A stretch of DNA of 64,000 nucleotides from Podarcis cretensis (GCA_951804945.1 OX638155.1:48546001-48610000); one strand, 5' to 3'. Positions 50,727 through 63,787 are shown, numbered from the stretch's first letter. Notes: a model not told the origin generated them from the sequence alone. Numbers and translations are program-made.

Positions 50727-52574
50727 TATATCAAACCAAGTTTTACTCAAGGTAGACTAATTGGAACGAATCAACCTTATTTAGTCATGTCCATCCATTT
50801 CATTGGGTCTGTGTTCTGAATATGACTAACACTGGGTACATCCTCATATATTGAGTTTCTTCACCTTCTTAGCATCCATTTTTGAGATGCTTTGAGAAGT
50901 GAATTACAGGCAGCGGTTGCGGAGTATTGGTGCTTGGTGGGTTTCTCTATTATTCATCCTGATTCATTAAATACTTCTCTAGTTTTATTGCCGCTTGCTG
51001 TTGAACCTGGCAAATGTCAATGTGAAGCTTTGGTACGACTTTGTGTTTCAGACACAATGTCAAGACTTGGGGAAAACATGTATTTATTAGATATAGCCTT
51101 GCTGGAGGAAGAAAAGAAGGATTTGGGTGTAAATTCTCTGCAAAGACAAGCAGATACCTGAACTAGAGTTATACAACTGAGGAAGACAATGCAACTTTTG
51201 GCAATGAATGAAATTGGGGTGAGGGAATTAATAACTGCTAAAAGCATGGAGAACGCAGCTTGCTTTTCCAGTGGAAAAGTCACAGCAGTAAAAGTACACC
51301 AACAAAGCTAGCAAGCAAGCAAGCAATAAATAAATTAATCAGCACAGTGTATCCAAAATCAATTGTGATTGTGTTGTCAACTTGAATACCACCCTCCCTT
51401 CTTTGTTCAGGGAGTAAGGCAAAAATGACATCTGTTTCCCAGCCTACCAAGAATAAAAACTCCTAGGGAGTGAACTTACCATGTGGAGTTTCCTCTACCA
51501 TTTCATCTACTCAGAAAGCTAAGCTATTTCCCTTGTTTAGTTGCTTGATGGAGGACCCTTGGCCAAAATGTCATCTTTTTCTTTTCTTTTCTTTTCCCAA
51601 GCCCACCGTTTAACATTTGGGTCCCCTGTTGCTTGATTTGCAGCCAAAATTCTGACGTGGCATCAGTTTGGTTGCCAGATAATGCATTAAGCCTTACTAA
51701 GGGGTAAACATAATGATCTTCATTAAACCCTCTCAATGAACCCACCTCCTGCTTCTTCAGGTGGAGGAAGCCTTTGACAAGGAACACTCTTAGCGCGGCT
51801 TGTGCTGTTTTCTTCTTGCAAACAGAGGGAGGGAGGGATGAGTGGCAGCTTTTAGAGAAGGCGGGTGGGGTGGGGTGGGGGTGGAAGTTAGGTAAACATA
51901 AAAAGGGCCTGTCAGATTTCCTTTCCTAATGGCAAAGTTTTTCCTCAGCAATAAATCACAATTCAGTCAATGCCATTAGTTTTGGGGCATTATATCCCTC
52001 ATTAAAGTGCATAAACAATTATATTTACTGAAGGTAATGTACTGTGTAGTGTATTATAACGATGCTCATTAACATATGTAATCATCATTTGAATGGGCTT
52101 TACTACAATGTAAACTGATAATGGCGTGATTACCCACTGGGTTATTAACTTTTCAGTCCTAAGATAATAAAAGGTGAAGCAAGAAAGAGAGCGCACATAT
52201 GCATTGCCCTCCATATGTGATTTATGGGTTTTCTCCGTCGAGCTATGAACACAGGTACCCATCATTTGGGGACTGGCTCTTTATTGCACATTGTATTTGA
52301 CAGAATAATAAATGTAATTGAGTGGTTCTGGGTGACCATCTGGGGAAAAAGAGTCCTATGAATAAGGAAGGCACCACAGCAGACTAAGAGCCCCTGAAAA
52401 GGGAAATAATCTTGTCTGTCTCCCTGTCTGTGCCTTGCTGGCTCTCTGTGGTTAGGCGTCTCTATAATGTCTGTCAGACACAGATCGGAGGAATCGCCAC
52501 AGCCTCATTGGTGTTCTTCTCATTGGTGTTCTTCTCCAGCACGATGAAGGAAATATTGGAGCAGGCCATAGCAA

Positions 52575-52740
52575 CACAGGAAGTTGCCTCGCACTGAGTC
52601 AGATCCTAGGTGCATCTAGCTCACTTTTGTCTACACTAACTTGGCAGCATCTCTGTAAGCTTCCAGGCAGCCATAGCTGGAGGTGCCAGGAACTGAACAT
52701 GGGACCTTTTGCTTGCGATGCATGGCTGGGCTACGGCCCT
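52575..52740 (-). mobile_element. Squam2-like SINE
   Basis: Minus strand has head agggccgtagc...aaaaggtccca and tail tctgactcagtgcgaggcaacttcct. Confidence 0.7.
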
Positions 52741-53384
52741 GTTGCACTTTGGAGTTACCCTTTGTCCAATGTCAGCCCTCTTTAGTTTCACAGCGATGGG
52801 TGAATAATTCTGGCTCAACATCTGTTTTTATCCACAGCATCGTAGGAGGAAAAATACATGAAGCATTATCACTGTTTTATACAATGGAAGCTCCTGAAAG
52901 ATTTCGGACAGTGTTTATAGAAGCTGCAGTAGTTGTAGTCACCTGTACAAAGGGGTGGCTCTGGGTATGAATGTTCCTCCATATCAAATTGAAGTGGATC
53001 ATTAAGGCAGATAAAAGCACCACAATGTAGATTTGCCTCCAGTTCAAGCAATGTTATATGTATTATTCTCACTGGCCTGGGTGACTGCATTTGACACTGA
53101 AAGTCAACCAAGGAAATCAGTTTTTTGTCTCCCATTCAAAAAAGTTTTCTTCCTCTCTCTCATTTCCTGCAGAATATTTCAGTGCTTTCATGATTCTGAA
53201 GTCAAAGTATAGAAGAAACAGCACATGGCAGAAGAGTAACTGTCACCAACTTATTTAATGGTAAGAATTTAGGTAGCAGCCCACTGTTTGGATTGATCCT
53301 ATTAATTTTATTGTTGTGTCGTTGAGTGGAATTATCAACATAGCCTTCAATATCTAGAGAGAGAAATGTGAACAACTAAATTAA

Positions 53385-53766
53385 CAGACCTTCCAAGTGT
53401 CCCTATTTTCGAGCAACAGTCCCACATTTACAGAAGCTGTCCCAATTTCTGATGTGATCCTGAAATATCCCGCTTTTCCTTAAGTCGTCCCTATTTTCAT
53501 CCGAGAAATGTTGGAGGGAATTGAGTTATGAGACCCCCAAGCCAGGGAGATAAGTAACTATACAACCTTTAGAAGACATCTGAAGGCAGCCTTGTATAGG
53601 GAAGTTTTGTAATGTTTAATTATGCTTTTATAGATGTTGGAAGCTACCTAGAATGGATGGGGCAACCCAGTCAGATGGGTAGGGTGTAAATAATAACATT
53701 ATTATTCTTGTTCTTCTTATTGAATAGAACATCCCTATTTTCATTGGATAAATGTTGGAGGGTATG
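53385..53766. mobile_element. Non-autonomous DNA-transposon-like element with ccctattttc subterminal repeats and an embedded L2-like tail
   Basis: TIR-like ends cagaccttccaa / ttggagggtatg. Shorter sister copy at 59572-59729. Confidence 0.65.
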
Positions 53767-53772
53767 AATTAA

Positions 53773-54270
53773 CAGCATCTTAAAAAGCAGAGACATCACC
53801 TTGCCAACAAAGGTCCGTATAGTTAAAGCTATGGTTTTCCCAGTAGTGATGTATGGAAGTGAGAGCTGGACCATAAAGAAGGCTGATCGCCGAAGAATTG
53901 ATGCTTTTGAATTATGGTGCTGGAGGAGACTCTTGAGAGTCCCATGGACTGCAAGAAGATCAAACGTATCCATTCTTAAGGAAATCAGCCCTGAGTGCTC
54001 ACTGGAAGGACAGATCGTGAAGCTGAGGCTCCAATACTTTGGCCATCTCATGAGAAGAGAAGACTCCCTGGAAAAGACCCTGATGTTGGGAAAGATGGAG
54101 GGCACAAGGAGAAGGGGATGACAGAGGACGAGATGGTTGGACAGTGTTCTTGAAGCTACCAGCATGAGTTTGACCAAACTGCAGGAGGCAGTGGAAGACA
54201 GGAGTGCCTGGCGTGCTCTGGTCCATGGGGTCACAAAGAGTCGGACACGACTAAATGACTAAACAACAAC
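53773..54270 (+). mobile_element. Bov-B (RTE) LINE 3' fragment
   Basis: LPTKVRIVKAMVFPVVMYGSESWT...RIDAFELWCWRRLLRVPWTARRSN...YFGHLMRR, (CAA)n tail, and 9-bp TSD atgaattaa. Confidence 0.96.
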
Positions 54271-54322
54271 ATGAATTAAGGGCTTGAATTCTGGATCTTC
54301 AGCCCTCTTACATGAACACTTA

Positions 54323-54651
54323 AAGGTAAAGGTAAAGGTACCCCTGCCCGTACGGGCCAGTCTTGACAGACTCTGGGGTTGTGCGCCCATCTCACTTAAG
54401 AGGCCAGGGCCCAGCGCTGTCCGGAGACACTTCCGGGTCACGTGGCCAGCGTGACATCGCTGCTCTGGCGAGCCAGAGCCGCACACGGAAACGCCGTTTA
54501 CCTTCCCGCTGGTAAGCGGTCCCTATTTATCTACTTGCACCCGGAGGTGCTTTCGAACTGCTAGGTTGGCAGGCGCTGGGACCGAGCAGCGGGAGCGCAC
54601 CCCGCCGCAGGGATTCGAACCGCCAACCTTTCGATCGGCAAGTCCTAGGCG
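54323..54651 (-). mobile_element. Sauria SINE, slightly 5'-truncated
   Basis: Perfect TSD catgaacactta; inserted inside a short MITE. Confidence 0.96.
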
Positions 54652-54796
54652 CATGAACACTTACCTGAGACTAAGTCCCACTGAACACAATGTTGCTTAC
54701 TTCTGAAGGACCTGTATCAGATTGCACTGTAAGACACAGACTCTTTGTGACTGGGCACACAGATTCTTTGAAGTTGGAATGTACCTTAAAAGGATA

Positions 54797-55157
54797 AAGG
54801 TAAAGGTAAAGGTACCCCTGCCCGTACAGGCCAGTCTTGCCAGACTCTAGGGTTGTGTGCTCATCTCACTCTATAGGCCGGGAGCCAGCGCTGTCCACAG
54901 ACAATTCCGGGTCACGTGGCCAGTGTGACAAGCTGCATCTGGTGAGCCAGCACAGCACATGGAACGCCGTTTACCTTCCCGCTGGTAAGTGGTCCCTATT
55001 TATCTACTTGCACCCGGAGGTGCTTTTGAACTGCTAGGTTGGCAGGCGCTGGGACCGACCGACTGGAGCGCACCCCGCCGCGGGGATTCAAACCGCCGAC
55101 CATGCGATCGGCAAGTCCTAGGCGCTGAGGTTTTACCCACAGCGCCACCCGCGTCCC
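54797..55157 (-). mobile_element. Sauria SINE
   Basis: Perfect TSD taccttaaaaggata. Confidence 0.96.
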
Positions 55158-56091
55158 TTACCTTAAAAGGATATAGGGTGTTATATAAGACTAAACTCTT
55201 TCATTCTTTAATAAGATCTACTTTGACCATGATATTTATTGTGTTCTACTCACCAAACAGTGCTACAGAATGTTAATTTCTTCATTTCATTTCAATTATT
55301 TAGAAAATGTATAGAAAGCTTCTTATTACGGGCAGAAATCCCTAGGCAGTTTCCAGAAATTATAAAACCAAAATACAATAAGCATGATAAAATACAAATA
55401 AAAAATGAGAATACAATAAATACATTTAAAACCCATCATTTAAAACAGCAAGTCAGCAAGTGAACAGGATAACACTTTCAAAGCATTCAAACAGGCCTGG
55501 GTAAACAACAGAGATTTTTAGGAGGCGTTTGAAGAATCCAACAGATGGAGCTTCCCAAATTCTTTGGGGAAAGTATTCCAGAGGGTTGGTGCAACAACTT
55601 CATTTGAGGTTATTAGCATTTGAGATAATTAGCAAGTTACTGGCAATTAAGGTAAGCTTTAGAAGAGCTGATGTTGTTAGATGAAAGCACATGGAAGGGG
55701 AACTCCTTTCATCCAACAAGTGGAAATTAAAGTAAAAAAAGAAGATTTGCAAGAGGTCACTGTTACGTTACTGAAAATTAGAATTTGCAAACACAACAAA
55801 TAGTGAAGAGTTCAGTCTTGGACCAAGGTGAGCCTAAATCTGTGTCTTTTTGCTTTTCAAAGTTCCTCAGTGCAACATGGGCTGAACCTGGAGAGATGTT
55901 TCTAAGCATGTTTCGAGCATCTCCCCACACAAGGTAATGTCCATTAGAGGAGGGGGGTAGGCGTGGACTTTGGTCTTTCAAATTTCAGTGGAACACTGTG
56001 CAAAATTTGGAGCCTACCTCTTACCTTCCATTCTGCTCAGTTCACTATGCCGTAGTTGCAATGCCTTGTGCTTGGGGTGGGGGGTGAACTA

Positions 56092-56456
56092 GGTAAAGGT
56101 AAAGGTACCCCTGCCCGTACGGGCCAGTCTTGACAGACTCTGGGGTTGTGCGCCCATCTCACTCAAGAGGCCAGGGGCCAGCGCTGTCCGGAGACACTTC
56201 CGGGTCACGTGGCCAGCGTGACAAAGCTGCACCTGGCGAGCCAGAGCCGCACACGGAAACGCCGTTTACCTTCCTGCTGGTAAGCGGTCCCTATTTATCT
56301 ACTTGCACCCGGAGGTGCTTTCGAACTGCTAGGTTGGCAGGTGCTGGGACCGAGCGGCGGGAGCGCACCCCGCCGCAGGGATTCGAACCGCCGACCTTTC
56401 GATTGGCAAGTCCTAGGCGCTGAGGCTTTAACCCACAGCGCCACCTGCGTCCCCCC
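56092..56456 (-). mobile_element. Sauria SINE
   Basis: TSD ggggggtgaacta. Confidence 0.96.
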
Positions 56457-57691
56457 GGGGGGTGAACTACATTCCAATAAAAAGCTAAGGATGAAACATT
56501 CAGTTGATTAAGAGGCTAGGTTAACTGATATCAAATATTTGGATACAGTAGTGCTGCCCCTAATTACTCCATCAGAAAATTTCAAAGCAATCTAAAATTA
56601 TTTTCAGCCCAAGTACTCATAAAAACTGTGGGTGGCAAGCCCCATCTTAGCAGAGGCATTCCATCCTGAATGAGAGCAGATGGGGAATGCCTCTTTATAC
56701 ACACACACACACACACATATACACACAAAAAAATTTATATATTTGTATACTGCCCTTCATCCAAAAATCACAATATAAAAACACAAAAATATATAATATC
56801 ATAACTAACAATTCAATAACCCCACTCTTCTAAAATGATTCCTGCTGATACACATGCACACATCACTTAAAAACAAAGAAAATCTATGTTCTTAGTTCTT
56901 TCTTGCACTGAAATTTGTATAGATTTGATTAATTAATTGCTTTGTTGACCAAAACTCATAAAATTGACTAAGATTTCATTAACTGTGTGACAGCCTTAAA
57001 AAATAAAAAATAAAGCACAGCAGGCAGGGCTTCAAACAGTGTAATCCTATACTTGTCTACTTGGATGTAAGTCCCATTGAGTTCAGATAAATAGGTGAAG
57101 GATTGCTGCCTAACTCAAATTGCGCAGCTTCCAGACAGATTTAAGCTTTAGTGCCTGTTTTTGGTGTGTGTTTAAACAGGTTAAGGACTGGCCTGGTGGT
57201 GGTTTGGTGTGAAGAACTGGAGGGTCAAAGTAGAGAACCGGAGTCGGTAATTAGTAACCTTCCTTTTCCAGTTTTAATTGCTTTTTGTGGGGAGGGCAAA
57301 AACATTTTTAAAATGGCTTAAATCTTTCTGCTTGGTGAGAAGTCTAAACCTGCGCTTCCAGACCTCCAGAGAATATCAGAAAGCCCAAGAATAGATTATA
57401 GATGGCCATTAGCTTATGGTCTAACAGAGACCAAAGATCAGTTAAGTGGGAAATTCTTCCTGTGGAAGGATAGAGGCAGCAATTTCTTGGAAAAAAAAAA
57501 AACCTCAGAGCTCATGAGAAATAGGATCAGGTGTAAGTAGACATCAGTTTGCACACTAAGGGAAACAGCAACTTTGTATTTTGCTACTATATACATGCAA
57601 TCATTGAGGCTCTGCCTAGGGTCGGAGTAACTACTGCCCTCTGAAAGCCACCCAAGTTGTAGTGATGGACAGCAACTTGGATGGCTTAAAA

Positions 57692-58141
57692 CATGGGTCG
57701 GCAAACTAAGGCCCGCGGGCCGGATCAGGCCCAATTGCCTTCTGGATCTGGCCCATGGACGGTCCGGGAATCGCTGCGTGGATCACTAGCACACTCGTTC
57801 TTTCCCTCTCCCTCCCTCGGCGGCAGTGGCGGCTCCTCCCTCCCTCCTCCTGGCTTCTCCCTGCCCTGCCTAGAGGAGGAAGGGGGCTGGGCTTTGTTGG
57901 TGCCAGCAGCAGCAGCGCTCGAGCAGCCGCCACTTTAAGCAGCCCCTCTCCAGAGCCCTTTCGTGCGCCACTCATTGTCCCTCCGCTGCCAGCCCCTGCT
58001 GCTTGCAAGACACAGGTAAGCAGCCACCGGGGCTCGTGGTGCTCTTGCATCATTCCCTCCCCCAAAAAATATAGTCTGGTCCCCCACAAGGTCTGAGGGA
58101 CAGTAGACCAGCCCCCTGCTGAAAAAGTTTCCTGCCCCCTG
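57692..58141. mobile_element. hAT (Charlie-like) non-autonomous element inserted in a CR1 3' fragment (~57650-58252)
   Basis: Termini catgggtcggcaaact / agtttcctgcccctg, ggcccgcgggccgg subterminal motif, and perfect 8-bp TSD gcttaaaa. Confidence 0.9.
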
Positions 58142-58455
58142 GCTTAAAAAGAGAATTAGACAAATCCATGAAGGAAAAGGGTACCAATGGCTACTGGCCA
58201 TCATGGCTGTGCTCTAGCTTCACTGTTGGGAGGCAGTATGCTTCTGAATACTCTTATTTTACAAGCTGGAGCAAGACTCTATTTTTATCCCATTTACTTT
58301 CAGTTCTAGCACATTTTCTTTAACAACCACCCAAACAAAGCCATGGTAGAAAATCTCACCATGTGGTAAGTTGCTCGTCCGTCTTAAACTGCTTTTTATG
58401 ACCAGGACTATAAATAAAAGGCAAACCTAAATTACACCGATGTAGCTCATTATAG

Positions 58456-58593
58456 CAAGGATGGAGAAACTGTGGACCTCCATGTGATGCTGAACTACAA
58501 CTCCCAGTATCCATGACAACTGACCATGCTAGCTGGGGCTGATGGGAGTTGGAATCCAACAATGACCGGAGGGCCACAGGTTCACCACCCCTG
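58456..58593. mobile_element. Palindromic hAT MITE
   Basis: Homologous to 17560-17695; TSD cattatag/cattacaa. Confidence 0.8.
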
Positions 58594-59571
58594 CATTACA
58601 ACTTTAGTAAAAAAACTTTACAGTAGGAATTTTGGAAATTCATTAATTCATTTTGTAAACTGTGCCTCCATTAAATTATTTGAATTTTGTACCCCAGGGA
58701 CTCAAATAGCTGTGTGTACACAGGTAAGTTGCCTACTGGCACATATTTAATGTACTGCCAACCCATGGATTTGTGCTGAGGAAGTTCCATCCTAATGTTT
58801 TTATGATGTTTGCTCTCTGAACATACACAATTACTGTAGCTTAATTTCAGAATGACTCATGATGCTCTCAGCGCAGAATGGACATTAAGAAAAATATGCA
58901 GCACCTTGCTATCACCCTGCCCTCGGAGCAGTTGTTCCACTTGTTTTTCAAAGTTTCAACACAAACTTAAGAGCTGTACTTGAAAGGTACAGTGGGCTTG
59001 GTATAATTACCACAGCTGCCACAGATGGCTCATTTTAACAAGAGACCCTAGGTAAACCTCCTTGTTTAGCCTGCAGCATAAACAGAAAAATATTCCACTT
59101 AAACAAGTGGATTTGGGTTCTGCAGAGATGAAGCTCAAATCTGCCTTGCTAAGTTGTGTCATTAAAAAGATCCAAAGGCTTTTGAGGAAATATGGGTCAG
59201 TTCAAAGCTCAAGTTTTAACCTGTGTATTTTAGTTACCCAAGTTTATAATGTGTTTCAGAAGCAATGCTACCTTGGTTGCAAACTATCCAATCTAGCAGA
59301 TCTTACTATGCAGAGGGTCACTTCATATAATGCAATCTAACAACATGGGAGCAATCCTGCAAGTCACTCTTGTGTCTGTCTCTGGAAATTTAATGTGTGT
59401 AGTCAGACACAACTGGGTCTGTCAGCGTACATTTATATTCTACACTTTAAGAGTGTCGACTTCCCACCAGTTGCCCACAACTTCATCTAGGCAGTCCAGA
59501 TCTGGTAATTTGGATATATTGGCTATAATGGATTCAGAATATTTTACGCCTTTTGTTTTAAGGATAGTTTG

Positions 59572-59729
59572 ATATCCAACACTTCTCCAATGAAAATAGG
59601 GACATCCCAACATTTCTCTGATGAAAATAGAGACGTCCTAGCGAAAAGTGAGACATTCTGGGATCAAATACAGACAGCTTCTGTAAATCCAGGACTGCCC
59701 CTGGAAAATAGGGACACTTGGAAGGTCTG
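59572..59729. mobile_element. Sister copy (inverted) of the 53385 element
   Basis: gaaaatagggac repeats; ends cacttggaaggtctg. Confidence 0.7.
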
Positions 59730-59900
59730 AATAGTTATCTAGGATCAGTATTATTCCAGTGAAATAAATCAGGGCTTGGACAACCAAGAACAAAACCCAC
59801 CCAAAATCCATCACAGGTCTTTCTGAAGTGAAGGGCCACATCCCATGTCCACATCTATTACTCCAGCAAGATTGAATAGTTTTCTGTATTCGTATCAATA

Positions 59901-60231
59901 AGGTAAAGGTAAAGGGACCCCTGACCATTAGATCCAGTCGTGGCCGACTCTGGGGTTGTGGCGCTCATCTCGCTTTATTGGCTGAGGGAGCCGGCATACA
60001 GCTTCTGGGTCATGTGTCCAGCATGACTAAGCCACTTCTGGCGAACCAGAGCAGCACACAGAAATGGCATTTACCTTCCCGCCGGAGTGATACCTATTTA
60101 TCTACTTGCACTGGTGTGCTTTCGAACTGCTGGTTGGCAGGAGCAGGGACCAAGCGGGGATTTGAACCGCCAACCTTCTGATCGGCAGGTCCTAGGCTCT
60201 GTGGTTTAACCCAGAGCACCACCCGCGTCCC
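59901..60231 (-). mobile_element. Sauria SINE (older subfamily)
   Basis: TSD tattcgtatcaata/tatttgtatcaata. Confidence 0.93.
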
Positions 60232-61016
60232 TATTTGTATCAATAGAAACCCTATTGTATCAAGCCTCTAAACCCTGCTGTAACATCCTGTGACTTTTCC
60301 TGTCTGTACCTGACTTGATACTGATATGTCCTCTCTGTCTGGCTTTGGGAGGGGTAGTGAAGAAGCATCTGTTAGGATAATCCAGGGATTGAAGCAGAAT
60401 TCTCCTGGTCGCCCCCCTTCCCCATTCTGGTGCTCTCCAGATGTTCTTGGAATGCCTGTCCCACCATTGCTGAACATTGGCTGGAGCTGAGGGGGGTGGT
60501 GGAGTCCAATAAGAGCACAGGTTTGGGAACAATGTCCTGGTGTCCACAGTGAGCTACTCTAGACCAGAAATGGGCATGCTTCAGACTTACAGGTTCTTCT
60601 GGTATTTTTACCAAGATTCAGGGCTCATCAGTAGGCTCTAGTCATAACATGGCAACTTGGACGACAGAAGCAGACGCAAAATGGTAGCTTGAGGGGTGGA
60701 GGCGCTCATCATTATTTGCTGCACCCCACAAACCATGGGTGACCTCCATTTTGTGTTTGTTCAACAGAAAGTCCCATTTAAAACACCATCTGGACCTTTT
60801 CTTTAAAAAATGGATCATAACAATTGGAAGAGCAAAGAAATTCAGAGCAGGGGTTCTGAGCAGACCATACCTTTCCTTCATAACCAGTGGGACCTGCAGC
60901 AAAATAATTCAGTGTGGGCATTACCTTAAGGTGCTTCCAGACAGGGGCCTTGTATCAAAAATGCAGTGTTAAAACTTGACATTTTTCTATGCGTGGCATG
61001 TTAGTTTCTATATGTA

Positions 61017-61401
61017 GGTTTTTTAAAAAAGGCAAAGAACCCCTGGACGGTTAAATCCAGTCAAAGGCGACTATGGGGTTGGGGCGCTCATCTCGTTTTC
61101 AGGCCAAGGGGGCCAGTGTTTGTCCACAGGCAGCTTTCCGGGTCATGTGTCCAGCATGACTAAGCTGCTTCTGGCGCAACAGAGCACTGTGACAGAAACC
61201 AGAGCGCACAGAAATGCCGTTTACCTTCCCGCCGCAGTGGTACCTATTTATCTACTTGCATTGGCATGCTTTTGAACTGTTAGGTTGGCAGGAGCTGGGA
61301 CAGAGCAACCGGAGCTCACTTCATCACAGGGATTCAAACCGCCAACCTTCTGATCGGCAAGCCCAAGAGGCTCAGTGGTTTAGACCACAGCATCATCTGC
61401 A
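61017..61401 (-). mobile_element. Sauria SINE (divergent subfamily)
   Basis: Flanking direct repeat tttctatatgta; shares diagnostic sequence with the 25696 copy. Confidence 0.88.
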
Positions 61402-61769
61402 TTTCTATATGTACCATGTCATCAGTATAGGTATTCAATACTATACTACTGCTTGCTATCCACATCAGAAGGCAGAACTTGATGAAATGTATCTGGAGGC
61501 ATTTCCCCACTCACCTTCCTTCAGTCATTCCTTCACTAGTCTCTGCCACCTTCTCCCATTGTGGACATGCAACATAGGTATTTTGTACCTCAGCATGGAA
61601 TATATATATATATTCCAGAAATCACACATGAGTAAATGCTAACAGCCTTAGATCTCATGTTTCATAATGGGCAGAATGGAAGTTTATACTTTTTTGTGAT
61701 GAGGTGGCACGCTATCCATTTCCATTTGGTGGTTTTAATATTGTGAAAGAGTGATGAAGAGGACTTGAG

Positions 61770-61859
61770 CATAGCTGTCAAAGTTTCCCTTTTCTTGCAA
61801 GGAATCCTATTCAGAATAAGGGAATTTCCCTTTAAAAAAGGGAAACGTTGACAGCTATG
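61770..61859. mobile_element. 90-bp hAT MITE
   Basis: ~22-bp TIR catagctgtcaa(a/c)gtttcccttt and perfect 8-bp TSD gacttgag. Confidence 0.92.
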
Positions 61860-63762
61860 GACTTGAGAGAAGGGAGGTTACAGGGAACCCAGCAGAGGGC
61901 CTTCTCATTAGTGGTTGCCTGCCCTGTGGAACGACCTACCATCAGGTGTCAAAGAAATAAAAAATTATATGACCTTCTTTAAACGTCTGAAGGCAGCTCT
62001 ACGGTAGTCTAGCAGGGCTGGGTGGAGGAGGTAGAGGTGATGTAGAATTGAGGGGTGCAATGGCAAAAGAGTGTGCAAGAGAAATACAGGTTTGAAGGCT
62101 TCGTTCCTACATCTCTACTGAAATGGTGGTTTGAAACGTGCCTTTACTGACAAAAATCAGGCACCTCTACATATCTAGGAAGTCTAGAAAAATACAAGCA
62201 GTGCAGTGGGAGATTTCGGGTACTGTCCTGACACTGAATAAATCCAGCAGGATGCCTGCAAAAGGAACCTGGCCTTGGCTGACATACCAAGGGATTTTTT
62301 TATCCAGAAACTTTTTTTGCTCAGCTTCTTTCTTTCTTTCTTTCTTTTTAATGCACGCACAAAATCTATGGAAATGCTGCATTTGTGGAAGCTCCTGGAC
62401 AATATTTCGCTTTTAGCTGTTATAAAAATGAAAATAATTGTGAAAGCAGAGAGAAATCTGCAGCTGCTCCAGGCTATTCATGCCATAAGAGATCCCATCA
62501 GGCCTTCTTTATTGTTGCAGTTTTTGGCAAATTATTTTCTTATCGCGCACAACCTATTCACTTCTGTTCCTGCATAACCACTTAGGCTCATAAAGCAGTG
62601 GGTCAGCAACAGTTTAGCATATAGCACATGGATCGGCTGGCCGTGGGGAGCACTGGTGCCTGCCCCTCCGAAAAGCAGCAACTGGAGTCAATAAAAATCT
62701 GGCCTGGGCAGGCCAGGCCATTAGCAAGCCCAGCTCTGTCACTCTTCGCATGGCTTGTTTTGCGCTTAGCACAACCCTCCTGGTACTGCCATCAGGTCTC
62801 ACCTTATGGAATGGAAACAAATGCACTGCCTTCCCAAGAGCAGATTGCATGGCCCCCGTTCTTCTCTTTAAGCTACACCCTCCCCCCACTTGAGAAAGAG
62901 GAAAGTGTACATGTCGTGCACGCAGAATGTGCAACCCCGTTGTTTCCTGTTGTTGTTGTTGTTTTTGATGGGCAGCAGCGCTGCAGTGTCGGCCAGTCCA
63001 GGCACTGAGTTTATTGCGCCCGGCACACATGTGCACTGGACAAATGCTCTGGCATCTTCGGCGTGGGCAGAGAGCATGCCACTCTTATTATACTAGCCCA
63101 TTAGGGAAGCCATTCGAAGAAAAATATTTAGCAATTTGGAAGGAAGCAAGGTTCCAGAATGGCTTGTTTCTGCGTGACAGCCTGCCATGTACAGATGAAA
63201 GGGAAGGCTTATAACAAATTTTCATTACGCACAAATAAAAAAAAAAAATAGAAAAGGAGGGGGGAGGAATAGCAACAGCAGGCAGAGCAAGTGCTTTGAG
63301 GCAGAGAGGTGTGGCCAGAAATTTACCCAGGAGGCCACAAAGGAGACTCGGCAAAACAAATCAATCAATCTCTCAATCACTCGCACTTCCATAGCGCCCT
63401 TTATCGAAATGGCAGGCAGTGCCTGACAGCCTGACAGGTTTTGGCCTTCAAGTCCTTGCCTGCTAACTATTCATTAAGTTCACCAACATGCAACCTAAAG
63501 ATCTGTGCTCCCCCTCAGCGTCCTTGCTCACCTTCCCTCGACGGCTTTCAGCTGCTCAATAGAAAAGCAGCCAGCACGCTGCGCTGCTGAGGCTGAGGTA
63601 GGTGGCAACATGCGGTCCTGAAGTCATTGTAAACAACATGGGCCTATTCAGAATTGCTTTGTTTCTCTCCTTGGCTGCAGATTTGGATCCAGCATTTAGC
63701 ATCTGAGTCAATGCTTCCAGGAACTGCACTGTAGTAATTGAAGCATATCAGAGTGCATTGTT

Positions 63763-63787
63763 TGTGTGTGTGTGTGTGTGTGTGTGT
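63763..63787. repeat. (TG)n microsatellite
   Basis: About 12 units. Confidence 0.95.

Noticed and set aside
53671-54234. 187-aa minus-strand ORF
   Set aside because: Antisense shadow of the Bov-B ORF.
62614-63096. 126-140 aa ORFs near the window end
   Set aside because: No recognisable domain, they include a (GTT)n tract, and there is no consistent splice structure.
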